The notes beneath the pieces are model-generated. The model saw only the letters and a list, made by a program, of their open reading frames with translations. It had not been told where the DNA came from and did not search any database. DNA of 64,000 bases from the human T2T-CHM13v2.0 reference genome, Homo sapiens. Of this stretch, positions 1 to 12,587 are shown piece by piece. Position numbers and translations under genes: made by a program. Each line of letters opens with the position of its first letter. The stretch's first letter is position 1. The DNA lies in NCBI RefSeq assembly GCF_009914755.1, contig NC_060931.1, one strand, 5' to 3'.

Positions 1-355
1 GCCACAAACCCATTTACCCTGTCTGACCTGCCTCCGCCACCAGGACCCAGTCTCAGTGAAATGGGAAAGGTTCCCTTGTCCTCCTCGAAGGGCGTGCGAT
101 GAGGATGTGGCTCACTTCTTCAGTGCCCCGCTTCTCAAGCCTCTAGGGGAACATACAGACAGGCAGGCTGAGGGGCTCCCACCCCACGGCAGTGTCTAGG
201 GGTGAATGTTTGCAGCTCCTGAAGCCCCAGCAGGCATGTGTTAGAGGGTGCTCTTTCAGTTTAGCCTTGTAGGTGGCTTGTGTTAGTCAGCTGTTAGACT
301 CCCTGCCTTATCGCAAGGACAGAGGGCTTTCTGTATCCCTAGGTTTCTTGCCTTG

Positions 356-397
356 ATGTACTGGAGCAATCAGATCACACGGCGGCTTGGAGAGTGA
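356..397 (+). other. NUDT1: NUDT1 upstream AUG1 frame MYWSNQITRRLGE*, closed by TGA on this (GT) allele; it is the p26 N-terminus on the GC allele
   Basis: ATG at 356 is in frame with ATG410, ATG434 and, after splicing, ATG1993. TGA at 395-397 overlaps the donor GA|GTGAGT at 394. Matches the known MTH1 p26 leader. Acceptor ccctag at 341-342. Confidence 0.85.
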
Positions 398-409
398 GTG
401 CAAGGTTTT

Positions 410-466
410 ATGAGTGGAATTAGCCCTCAGCAGATGGGGGAGCCAGAAGGCAGTTGGAGTGGGAAG
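410..466 (+). CDS. NUDT1: NUDT1 alternative exon (2b/2c, 343-466), coding part for the p22/p21 N-terminal extension MSGISPQQMGEPEGSWSGK
   Basis: Donor AAG|GTGA at 466/467 splices in frame to AACCCAGGGACC-ATG at 1981. This gives 179 aa from ATG410 and 171 aa from ATG434, the known isoform lengths. Confidence 0.88.
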
Positions 467-908
467 GTGATTTTCCCCTGGAGTCGGGCTGCTGAGCAGC
501 CTGGGCTCTCCTCTGACCGCCCCTGCCAAACTCATGGTTCCATCAGTTGATGGCCTGCTGGTGCCTGTTGGTGTGCTTTCCACGTCCTCTTGACGTCCAG
601 CGGCTTGTGTCTCTGCCCACTATAAAAAACCACTGGGGTTTTTTTATAGGCACAGGACGGGGACGTGGCGGGCTCGGGAAATGCAACATTTGGGCAAAAA
701 AACAGAAATGCCTGTCCTCACCCAGGTCCCTGGGCACAGGCCTGGGGGTGGAGCCCTGGCCAGAGACCACGCCCTCCTCTACCCAGCACTTCCCTGCCCC
801 CTTCCTTATCATCTGGTCCCTTTTCTCAGACACCACAACTTCCAAGAAGGATCACTGGTCCTGAACCCTGTGTCTTGTCCAGGTGTGGACCCCAGAAAAG
901 TTGGTCCT

Positions 909-1203
909 GGCTGGGCGCAGTGGCTCACGCCTGTAATCTCAGCACTTTGGGAGGCTGAGGTGGGTGGATCGCTTGAGCTCAGGAGTTCGTGACCAGCCTG
1001 GGCAACGTGACAAAACCCCATCTCTACTAAAAATACAGAAATTAGCTGGGTGTGGCGGCTCATGCCTGTGGTCCCAGCTATGTGGGATGCTGAGGCAGGA
1101 GGATGGCTTCAGCCAGGGAGGCGGAGGTTACAGTGAACCGCGATCACGCCACTCTCCTCCAGCCTGGGCAACAGAGCAGGATCTTGTCTCAAAATAAATA
1201 AAG
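909..1203 (+). mobile_element. Alu (AluJ-like), full length
   Basis: Dimeric Alu with A tail; TSD aaagttggtcct at 897-908 and 1205-1216. Confidence 0.9.
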
Positions 1204-1992
1204 GAAAGTTGGTCCTGGCCCTCCAGCATTTCTCCAGGGTCCTTTTTTCAGCAGGGACCTGGCGGAGGCATCGCCCTCAGAGTCCTCTGGACCTGGACCT
1301 GCACACCTATGGGAGCAGGAAGGACCCTTGTGACTTCCAGTGGCCCCCCTGGGTGCCAGGTCCCACAGTAGCCACAGCAGGAGCAGAGTGGGTGGGGTAT
1401 AAACTCCTATCACAGGAGGGAGGACTAGCCGGGCCTGGCTGGGTGGACCTGTGTCTACAGCCACACATTTCCTGGGAATCTGGAAGCCTGCTACAGAGAG
1501 GCCAGGTCCCACTAGACTGAAAGAAGTTCCTGTTAATCCAAAGGCCTGACCTGAGGACCACAGGATAAACTGCGTGGTTATTTTGGTGCCAATCAGGCAC
1601 GGGGACTGTTGTTCCTCACTGTGTGCCTATAAGCAGGGGGTTCCTGGGGGTAGACGCAGGAGCAAGAGCACGCTCTGGAAAGGTGATGTTGTCCTCTGCA
1701 CCTGAGTACTGACTTGTGGAGAAGGAAGGTAGCGCCGGCCTCTGCTCTGCTTGATCAGCCCTGCTGACCACTGGGTTCTGTTTCTACCCCAGAAAATCAC
1801 TGGTTCAATGGCAGTTTTCCACCTGCCACAAGGGAAGCCACACGTGGCAGGGCTGGGGAGTTACAGCATACCCCCCCGCCCCCCACTGCCTCCCAGAGCA
1901 CGTCCCCTTCCTCCTGGCCCCTGGCACGTGCTTCCTCCACGCACGTCATGGCTGACTCTGCCCTCTCACCTTCCTTTCAGAACCCAGGGACC

Positions 1993-2144
1993 ATGGGCGC
2001 CTCCAGGCTCTATACCCTGGTGCTGGTCCTGCAGCCTCAGCGAGTTCTCCTGGGCATGAAAAAGCGAGGCTTCGGGGCCGGCCGGTGGAATGGCTTTGGG
2101 GGCAAAGTGCAAGAAGGAGAGACCATCGAGGATGGGGCTAGGAG
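1993..2144 (+). CDS. NUDT1: NUDT1/MTH1 first p18 coding exon (exon 1981-2144), [50 protein letters not shown]
   Basis: Acceptor ttcctttcag|1981; Kozak ACCATGG at 1993; donor AG|GTAAGG at 2144. Encodes the first half of the Nudix box. Confidence 0.98.
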
Positions 2145-4195
2145 GTAAGGATGGGGCAGGTCTGGCCATAGAACCGGCTTTCCCAGGGCACAGGGATTCG
2201 GGCTGTAGGGCCACACCCTTGGTTTCACCACTAAGAGCTAAGTGACCTGGAGCAGGGGGTTAAGCGTGAGCCTCAGTGTCTTCATCTCAGAATGAAGAAC
2301 AGTCCGCAGCCCTTCGGACTCTTGTGAAGATAAAATGAGGAAATGAACTCGAAGGACTTAGAACGGTGCGCGGTGTGCGGTGCGTGCTGAGTGCGTGTTA
2401 GCTGTTGTGGTGCGGTGGTGCTGGGGGCTGCAGGGCGTATCTGGAAGCCTCTGTGCAGCAGCTTGAATTGAACCCTCCCAGCACCCTCACTGTTGCCGAA
2501 GGGCTCGTCAGTCACTTGGTTCCTCTGTCTGTTCAGTGGAGCTGATGATCGCTTTCATCTCACACTCGCTGTGCACAAAGCCTCACTGCATCCTCAACAC
2601 AGCCAGCTTCACCTAGGAAGGAACTGAAGCCCAGAGAGGTTGAGCCGTTTACCCAAGATCACACAGTCCTCCAGACGCCCCTCAACCCTCACAGGGTAAA
2701 TGAGATCATCTGTGTAAACATCGCTGCACAGACGTTAGCCCCCGTTCGTGTTTTTGTTCTGAGAAAGGTAGGCCAGCTTGCCTGGAGAGGAGAACTACAG
2801 AGTAAAGAGGGTCCTGGCACGGAGGAAAGCCAGGACGCTGCAGCCTAGTGGCTTTCCAATTTTTTCATCACAACCTGCAGTAAGAAATACGTTTTGTACT
2901 CTGATAGAGTGTACACACTCAGGTGTGCAGGTACAGCTAAAGTAAGTTGCAGTAGCCGCCCTTATTACATAAAAGGGGGCTCTACTTTTCCGATTCATTT
3001 CTCTTTTTTTCTCCAGAGGTGGGATCTCACCCATGGCACACTCTTGGCTCACTGCAGCCTCAAACTCTTGGGCTCAAACGATCCTCCTGCCTCAGCCTCA
3101 CGAACAGCTGGGACCACAGGCACATGCCACCACGCTCAGTTCGTTTTTTAATTCTTTGTAGAGATGGTGTCTCATTAACTCCCAGGCTCAAGCGATCCTC
3201 CCTCCCGGGCCTCCCAGAGTGCTGAGATTGCAGGTGTGGGCCACTGGCTTGACCCTTTTTTTTTTTTTCAATTGCAATCCACTAAGCCGATTTCCCGGGG
3301 TACATGGGTCCCAACCCTCAGTTTGGAGAGCCCTGTGTGTGCTTCCCCTCCAAGGCTTGGGACCCCAGACCGCAGCCACACGGACACGTTCGATCAGTCA
3401 CTGTGGCAGGTGCCAGTGCGACAGGCTCTGTGCTGGGGGCCGCAGCTGGGGAGGAGGACCACTGGGTGTGAGTCGGGCATACAGCGTGTCCCTGCCAGGA
3501 GTGTGTGCAGAGCGACCACAGCACAGGAAACAGGAAAGGTGGCCCCGGGGGTTCTCTGCCCAGCCCTTTGTCTTTGATCTGCTAAGACTGCCCATCAGCT
3601 CATGGATTTCTGTAGCGCTGCTCTGTGTGGGGCCTGGGGACATGAGGAGGAACAGGTCAGTCCCTGCCTCTGTGGAGCTCTCGTGTCATCTGGCTGCCGG
3701 GTTCAGGAGACCTGCAGAAGGAGGTCTGGTCCATACCTCGTGGCCAGGGGCCTCCAGGAGAAAGGAAGGGAGAATAACTGGGCACCAGGAAAATGCTCTG
3801 AGGGCCTGACGTTGGCTGGGAGAGTGTGGAAGGAGGGAGGAAGGAGACATTTGCAGAAGCACAGAGGGCTGGAGGAGCGCCAGCTGTGCAGAGAAGTGGT
3901 GGGTGTGAGTGGAGCAGGCAGCGGTGCTGAGGAGGCTGGATGGAGGAACTCCAGGTGGCTGGATTTCCGCTTCTCGTCCTGCTGGTGACAAGCAAAGCAC
4001 AGGCCCCCTCGGCAGCCCTGCTTTATTTTCTTCTGAACTTTGTCACGGTCGAAGGAACTTTCCTCCTACCCTCTGTAAATATTACACAAACAGAGGGACC
4101 ATCACTCCAGACCCTCAAAGCTGAATACAGCGGTGGCTTGCTGTCAGACCAGGGTTTGAGGGGGGGAACTGAGGCACAGAGCCGGAAGCCTGTGA

Positions 4196-4546
<351 letters not shown>

Positions 4547-5896
4547 TGAATGGATTTGCTCCTGGGGCAACCCCAGGCCCGTGCTGCTCAGGAGGGGGAG
4601 GCAGGGAGGAGCGTCGGCAGCCCGGTCTCTGGGGAGGCTGGTTCCTGCTTTATCCACGCAATACCCAGTCCTATTCTATCAGGAGGACCCCAAGATGGGC
4701 CCTAACTCCCAGGCCAAGAGCCGGTTTAGGCACCCTCCCCGCTTGCCTGCAGGGGGCAGGCCTGAGCGCCTAACCCCAGTCCAGAGGGCTGGACTCAGAC
4801 CCTCCTCTGTGGGGCAGGGGACAGGCACGTAGGGAGTACTGAATTGTGGGGGTGTGCAGATTTGGGCTTCAGGCGCACGGTGTGAGCCGACCTTTCTAGA
4901 CAGCATCCCTGATCCCCAAAGACTAGCGAGGCCGGGGACACAGGAGCAGCGATGGGAAGCAGGCCCGCCGGAACCTCCGACTCCCACCTCCCCACGCCAC
5001 GGACGCTGCACCACCCTGTGTTTTTGTTTCATGTATTTCTCACCCTGTTCCCCGTGTTCCGCCTGGGGAACCGAGTGCCATGGACAGAGCAGACACTTGG
5101 GCAGAACTGAACAGCGTCATCTTCGCCTGCCTGGCGCTCCCTGCCTGGGAAATGGAGCTTCAGCTCTGTCTCCCGGCGGATTCTTGATGCTTCCTACGCT
5201 GCCATGTGCTAGGGAAGATTAACTAAAATCAGTCACAATATCCCACTGGGAGGTGACGCTTTTTAAGACGAGCAACAGCCGGCCGCCAAGAGGCGGGTGA
5301 GGCCCCACTGAGCACTTCTATTGCATCTAACTGGGGAGCCATTTATACCCAAGTAGAAGCACACGTTCACTTTGTAGCTCAAGCCCAACTTTAATTAGCC
5401 ATCTGTATGAATAAATGCTGATTCCAGGTCCGTTTCCTCTCCAGTCCCTGCAGTTTAAGCTGAGGAGGCATCGCTTAAATCAGACCATTTAGACCAGGCA
5501 TGGTGGCTCACACCTGAAATCCCAGCACTTTGGGAGGCCAAAGCAGAAGGATCGCTTGAGCCCAGGAGTTCAGGACCAGCCTGGGCAACATAGCAAGACC
5601 CTGTCTCTACAGAAAAACACACACACAGAAAAATTAGCCGGGCATGGTAAGAGGAGGAGACTGAGGTGCCCAGCGGCTGCAGCCCGTGCATCCCCAGGGT
5701 CCCAGCACAGAGTGGGTGTTCAGAAGTGTCTGCTGAGGGACTGAGCAAGAACCCGACTGAGCACAGCAAGCAAACGCTCAGAACGGGAGGTCAGCAGCAC
5801 CGCTGTGCCCAACACGGGTTTCCACCATAACCCGAAGTTGGAACGTTTTATTCTTCCATACCAAACAGGAGTTGAGAAGGCGGCTGGGTTCCTTGA

Positions 5897-6272
<376 letters not shown>

Positions 6273-7270
6273 GTTTGCATTTTTATTTTTTAACTTTAAG
6301 CTATTAAGGGTTAATGTTTGCATTTCTTAAGGGAAAAACAGAGGAGAAAGAGCCAAAGGAAAAACACTGAAATGGTAGCATTCCTGGGTGATGAGTTTAT
6401 GGCGTTTTGTTTCCTGGTTGTCTATAACAAATATGTAATTTTTAAATTAGCAACAGCGTTAGACTACTTCGGGGAAACCTGGCTCTGTGTGCCACGAAGC
6501 AGGGAAGGGCTTGTTCCCAGGCGCAGCAGCACTTGGGCATCCCGTGGTGAAGTCAGCCCCTTACACCTCCTCCAGGCACAGCTGTGGGGAGCATGTCCCG
6601 AGAAGGCGCAGGAAGAGGCCCAGGCCACGTGTCCCGTGTGGTCAGCCTGGGGACCAGAGTTAAAACCAGAGCTCCTCCTTCAGGAAACAGATCATAGAAG
6701 CCTGTGGTTTCATCCTGTGTTCTCAGAGAAGAGGCACCAGGCTGGAAAGACATTTCTTTGGGCAGACAGGCCCAGAGTATAGGGCCCAGGTTCCCAGAGC
6801 AAGCGTCCCAGGGCCCCGGCGGTCGTAACTACCGCTGCATGGGCTCTGATGCTCAGCCGCGGAAAAGCAAGTAACCGGGAATGAAGGAAGTGGGGTCAGT
6901 CCCAACCCTGCCACGTGCGGGTCTCGAGACGGTGGACAAGTGGCTGGACTCCACTGGGCCTGGGCTGTCACTGGTACACAGAGGGCACTGGGCTAGAACT
7001 GCGTTCCTCCCACCAGAGGCTCCACACCATCTCCGGGCCCCTCCCCAGAGCCTCTCAACCAAAATCAGTGTCTTCAAAGTTCAAGTTGATTCTGAAGCTC
7101 AGCCAGGTCGGGACCAGATAATGCATTCTAGGGGACATCCTCCTGGGTCTCCCATCCACCCTGGTGGCTCCCTGGGCTGTGTGTAGATGCCCAGCTCCTC
7201 CTCCCTGCCATCGTGTGGGCATGGCACCATGCCCTGACGGCCTCCCTCCCCTGCCCACCTCTGCCCGCAG

Positions 7271-7416
7271 GGAGCTGCAGGAGGAGAGCGGTCTGACAGT
7301 GGACGCCCTGCACAAGGTGGGCCAGATCGTGTTTGAGTTCGTGGGCGAGCCTGAGCTCATGGACGTGCATGTCTTCTGCACAGACAGCATCCAGGGGACC
7401 CCCGTGGAGAGCGACG
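7271..7416 (+). CDS. NUDT1: NUDT1 coding exon ([49 protein letters not shown])
   Basis: Acceptor cccgcag|7271; donor G|GTGAGT at 7416; 146 nt keeps the frame. Completes the Nudix box (RELQEESG). Codon 83 = GTG (Val) at 7365. Confidence 0.98.
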
Positions 7417-7753
7417 GTGAGTCTCACAGGGCCTGCTCCCCCTCCCCACTATGCGGGTCCCATCTCCTGGCTGGGAGAAAGGCCATCCGCCCAAACCATC
7501 TCTGAGTGCCAGGGACCGGGCAGCCTGCGTCCCCCTCCACCCCACAGTGCCAGCGTGGGGCCCATGAGCCGTGGTCTCTGCACCGAGGCTCCAGTAGCGT
7601 ACCTGCCCCTGCTCTGCGCCCACCCTAAAATGAGAAACACGGTAATGAGGATGAAATATAAACGATCGTCAGGTTCCTCACGATCACTCAGTGAACTCCT
7701 CAGAGAGTCAGTGTACGTTTGGGCTGGCCAGACGCAGTGGCTCACCCCTGTAA

Positions 7754-8189
<436 letters not shown>

Positions 8190-8244
8190 TTAAGCATGAA
8201 GTTTGGGTTGCACCTCAGTGCCTCCTCTTCCCCCATTGGTACAG

Positions 8245-8417
8245 AAATGCGCCCATGCTGGTTCCAGCTGGATCAGATCCCCTTCAAGGACATGTGGCCC
8301 GATGACAGCTACTGGTTTCCACTCCTGCTTCAGAAGAAGAAATTCCACGGGTACTTCAAGTTCCAGGGTCAGGACACCATCCTGGACTACACACTCCGCG
8401 AGGTGGACACGGTCTAG
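8245..8417 (+). CDS. NUDT1: NUDT1 last coding exon ([57 protein letters not shown])
   Basis: Acceptor ggtacag|8245; TAG at 8415-8417. Exon total 152+146+173=471 nt = 156 aa + stop. Confidence 0.98.
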
Positions 8418-8494
8418 CGGGAGCCCAGGGCAGCCCCTGGGCAGGAGACGTGGCTGCTGAACAGCTGCAAACCATCTTCACCTGGGGGCATTGA

Positions 8495-9095
<601 letters not shown>

Positions 9096-9204
9096 TGAGG
9101 CTCGGCCAAGGGCTCTGGGCTAAAACCCAGGTTGAACGCCTCATAGGCTAGTCCCCTCCCCTGCCCAACTTTCATACACGTTTAATAACAGTTGTTCACA
9201 CATG

Positions 9205-9210
9205 TTTATT
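9205..9210 (-). terminator. SNX8: SNX8 polyadenylation signal AATAAA (second ATTAAA at 9181-9186)
   Basis: tttatt on + at 9205-9210 and tttaat at 9181-9186, in an AT-rich patch within GC-rich sequence. Confidence 0.75.
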
Positions 9211-10029
9211 GATAAACCGTCCAAAATGTAGGTCATGTGTAAACAATTCCAGTTGTTGGGTATATTGGGTATTGATCCCTGCAGCCTCCTAAAGTGCTTT
9301 GGACATGAACTGACCCGCAAAGCAAGGGCAAAGGCCTCAGATGCACAGAGCTGCCCTGACATCCCTTGGCTCGGAGTCCCTGTGCCCCATGTCAGAGCCC
9401 TAAACCTGTCTCCCCTGCCTGCACTGTGTCCGGCAGACAAAGGGCAGCTGTCTGCACGGTGACCCCGAGTACCCAGGACACGGACCACGAGGACCCAATG
9501 AAAATGTCCCCTTTCACCATGATCGGCAGCCCCCTTCCCACAGCCCCGCCAGCCCACAACCCCCCTCCCACGGCCCCGCCAGCCGTCCTCACAGGGCAGG
9601 CGGCATCTGGCATCTCCACCAGCATCACACGCAGCTGTCCCTGCCAGCTAGGCAAGGCCGTAATGACCGGCACAAGCTTGGGCTTGGGCCATGGGCAGCA
9701 GGAGGGCTGGAGAGGCATGGGGGGAACCCCGCTCTCCCTCCGGCATGGGGCCTCCACCTGCAGCAGTAAGCAGCCTCTCAGCCCCTGAGCCTGGGGACCT
9801 GCCCGGGCAGCACAGGGCCAGGGCCAAGAAGTATTTGTGAGAAGGAAGGTGGCCTCCGCCACCCCTGCCTAGCAGGCCTCTTTCTGCTGCCCTTTAGAAG
9901 GCACTGGGTGGCAGAGGAGGAAGGGGAGGGAGGTGTTCCAAAGCCAGTGCCCACCCCTCCACAGAGCCAACCCCAGGGCACACAGGAAGCAGCCACCACA
10001 CGTGGGAGACAGGCTGCCCTCGTCACCGC

Positions 10030-10500
10030 TGCCCTCCAGCCCCCCCTTCACCCTGCCCTCCTGACCCTCCCACCCCTGCCTTCCTGCCCCCCCACCGCCC
10101 TCCTGCCTTCCCACCCCTGCCCTCTTGCTCTCCTCACCCCTGCCCTCTTGCTCTCTCCTCACCCCTGCCCTCCTGCTCCCCCTCACCCCTGCCCTCCCTT
10201 ACCCGTTCTCCTGCTCCCTCCTCACCCCTGCCCTCCTATTCCCCATCACCCCTACTCTCCTGCTCTCCTCACCCCTGCTCTCCTGCTCTCTCACCCCTGC
10301 CCCCTTGCTCTCTCACCCCTGCCCTCCTGTCCCAACGCCTGCCCTCCTGCTCCCCCTCATCCCTCTTCTGCTCCCCCTCACCCCTGCCCTCCCTTACCCC
10401 TGTTCTCCTGTTCTCCTGACCCCTGCCCTCCTGCTCCCCCAACTCCTGCCCTCCTGCTCCCTCCTCACCCCTGCCCTCCAGCCTTCCACCTCCATCCTCA
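10030..10500. repeat. Degenerate ~21-23-bp C/T-rich tandem repeat (cctcacccctgccctcctgctcc)n
   Basis: Repeated cacccctgccctcctgctc cores, about 20 degenerate units. Confidence 0.9.
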
Positions 10501-12473
10501 GCCTCTGGACATGAGGACCCTGAGACCCTGCTCTTGAAGTTTCCAACACAGGGAGATGCCGCCAGGTATGTGGCCTCTCATACACTCACTGACCCCGGAG
10601 TCCCTGCCAGGAAAGCTCCTTCAGAAAAGCTCATTCTGAAGTCTTGCTCAATCCTTGGGGGCTGTGTCAGGAGCGCGTGCCTTGCCTACTCTGGAGACAC
10701 AGAGGCCCCAGCACCTGATGCCCTCCACGACTCCCCACAGCCTCTATGGTCCTGCAGCTGGACAGGCCCCAGGAAGGTGCGGGGTGGACGGAGAGGCCTT
10801 GCAGCCTTCTGCCCACACGGGGTCACGCTTCATGGCTCGGGTGTCATGGTGCCATTCATGGCAACTGAGAACCTGTCTCTGCAGAGGGGCGTCAGAAGGC
10901 AGCGCAGCCCAAGACTCGGGTGGACTAGGGACTCACGGGACAGCCCACCCATCGGGCTCCAAAGGGAACGCTGCCCTCTGCTCATCTGGCCAGAAGGAAG
11001 CAGCCCACCTCACAGCAGGAAGGCAGCAGCAGAACCCACAGGGCAGGGCAGGCTGGGCCCGAGCCCCACAGCCACCGAGTCAGCACAGCCCACGGGGCCA
11101 GAAGGCACGGCCGTTCCCTCTGGCCGGCTCGCAGTGGACGATGGATCACCTGCCTGCGGGGCACACACAGGAGTCCCCTCTCCATCCCACGGCCGTGAGC
11201 TGCCCGTAGGTACAGGCGGAAGGGAAGCACCCTCCGTGAGAGGAGTGAACGCCCCAGAGGCCAGTGAGCATCTGCGGAGCGGAGGGACCTCGGAAACCCT
11301 GGAGCCCGGCGGGCCTCTTCCAGCACCCCTCCCCGGCCAGGGAGGGGCGTCAGGCTCCGGAGAAGTGCAGGGGTCCACTGGGCTCCCATGTGCCTTCCAC
11401 AAAAGGGGTTCGGGCAGAAGCAGACCCAGGCCTGAGGCGGACAGTCCAGCCCCACAGAGCTCAGGAGAATGGCCTTCTTCATCCAGAGCAGGGAAGGGGC
11501 CTGAAAGACCACTGGTTCCCTCTGTGAGCAGGTGGCTGGGCCGGCAAGTGCGTGACGGGAGGCTGGGAGGAGGGCTCTAGGTGCCTCAGAGAAGGAAATC
11601 CACTTAAAAGGGGGCTGTCCCTCCTCTAAAGCCTCAGCTGGAATGGAACACGCCCCCCCACGCCCCCACCTGTCCTCTGCCAGCCCATCCAGCCTCAGTG
11701 CCACACGGTGCAGACCCCAACACTGGCCACCAGAAATCAAGGGAGTCCAGGGGACGAGAACACAGCTGCTGTAGCGCCCACTCTCAGAGCCCCAGCTCTC
11801 CGTCACGCCTTTGTCTTCCAGGCCTGGGCACACACAGGGTCATGGTGTGGACACAGGCACACATGGGGTCATCATATGGGCACAGGGCATGAGGCCACTG
11901 GACCCCACAGGCCACTCCCAGACCAGGGCTCCAGGTGTTGACTGCAGCAATTTCCCTAGAAAATTCACCGTGCGTGCCCCACGCCCAATGGCCCTCCCTC
12001 CCAGCCTCAGCACCACTGGCTGTCCCCTCGCTGTCCGTGGTCAGTCCCATGCCTGGGCTGCAGGGCAGCCCTGCCCTCTCTCCTCGGCTGACCGAGCACC
12101 ATGATGCTGCCCCTCCCGACTGTTCCAGCACCTGGAGGCCCTGCCTCCACGCTCCCCCAGGCACAATCTCTGTGAGATGAGAGATCCCTGCCTCCCCGCA
12201 CAGCTCTGGGTGTCAGGAGGAAACCATTCCAGAGAACCCCACCACCTCTCTCGACCAGGCTAGCAGGCCACAGGGCGAAGGACAGTGTGGCCCAGCTGCC
12301 CCCATGGTCCACGGATGCGCCTCCCGACCCGCAGGCGTGAGCTCCTCTGCTCCAGCTGCAGCACGGGGCGTGGCGGGGAGGGGAGCTGCCGTCCAAAGGG
12401 AATTACACCGGGACACACCGTTTGGAAAGAGGTTTTAGTGCGGCCGCAGGGAGCACCACCTCAGCCTCAGGCG

Positions 12474-12587
12474 CTAGTGAGGACACAGGCCGTCCTCCGG
12501 CGGGGAGCACGGTGGGGTCAGGGTGCTGTGTGGTCCCGCAAAGAGGCAGCTGAGCTTGGGCCTCAGGTCGTTCCACACCTTGCTCAT
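12474..12587 (-). CDS. SNX8: SNX8 exon 11 (MSKVWNDLRPKLSCLFAGPHSTLTPPCSPPEDGLCPH*)
   Basis: Acceptor tttcag|ATG at 12587; TAG at 12476-12474. Confidence 0.96.
   Translation of the reverse strand: MSKVWNDLRPKLSCLFAGPHSTLTPPCSPPEDGLCPH

Larger units (their letters stand above)
57..811 (-). mobile_element. Solo ERV1 LTR, LTR1-family-like, antisense to NUDT1
   Basis: Minus strand starts TGATAAGGAAGGGGCAGGGAAGTGCTGGGTAGAGGAGGGCGTGG, has a TATA box (CCTATAAAAAAA) and ends ...GGGAACCTTTCCCATTTCA. TG...CA termini with a near-TSD tcag/tctg. Family name from recalled consensus. Confidence 0.75.
9187..12473 (-). other. SNX8: SNX8 3'UTR (~3.3 kb, GC-rich, no full Alu)
   Basis: Lies between the stop codon (12474-12476) and the polyA signal; cleavage site approximate. 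Confidence 0.7.

Noticed and set aside
44-342. Possible additional NUDT1 5' exon segment (acceptor ccaccag|44)
   Set aside because: Plausible as segment 2a, but boundaries cannot be supported from sequence alone, so it is not listed as a feature.
1948-1992. In-frame ATG at 1948 extending NUDT1 ([11 protein letters not shown]...)
   Set aside because: It lies in the branch/polypyrimidine region upstream of the acceptor at 1981, so it is intronic in spliced mRNA.
9908-11833. 209-, 348- and 283-aa ORFs in the SNX8 3'UTR region
   Set aside because: GC-rich or low-complexity sequence depleted of stops; Pro/Gly/Arg-biased with no homology I can recognise.
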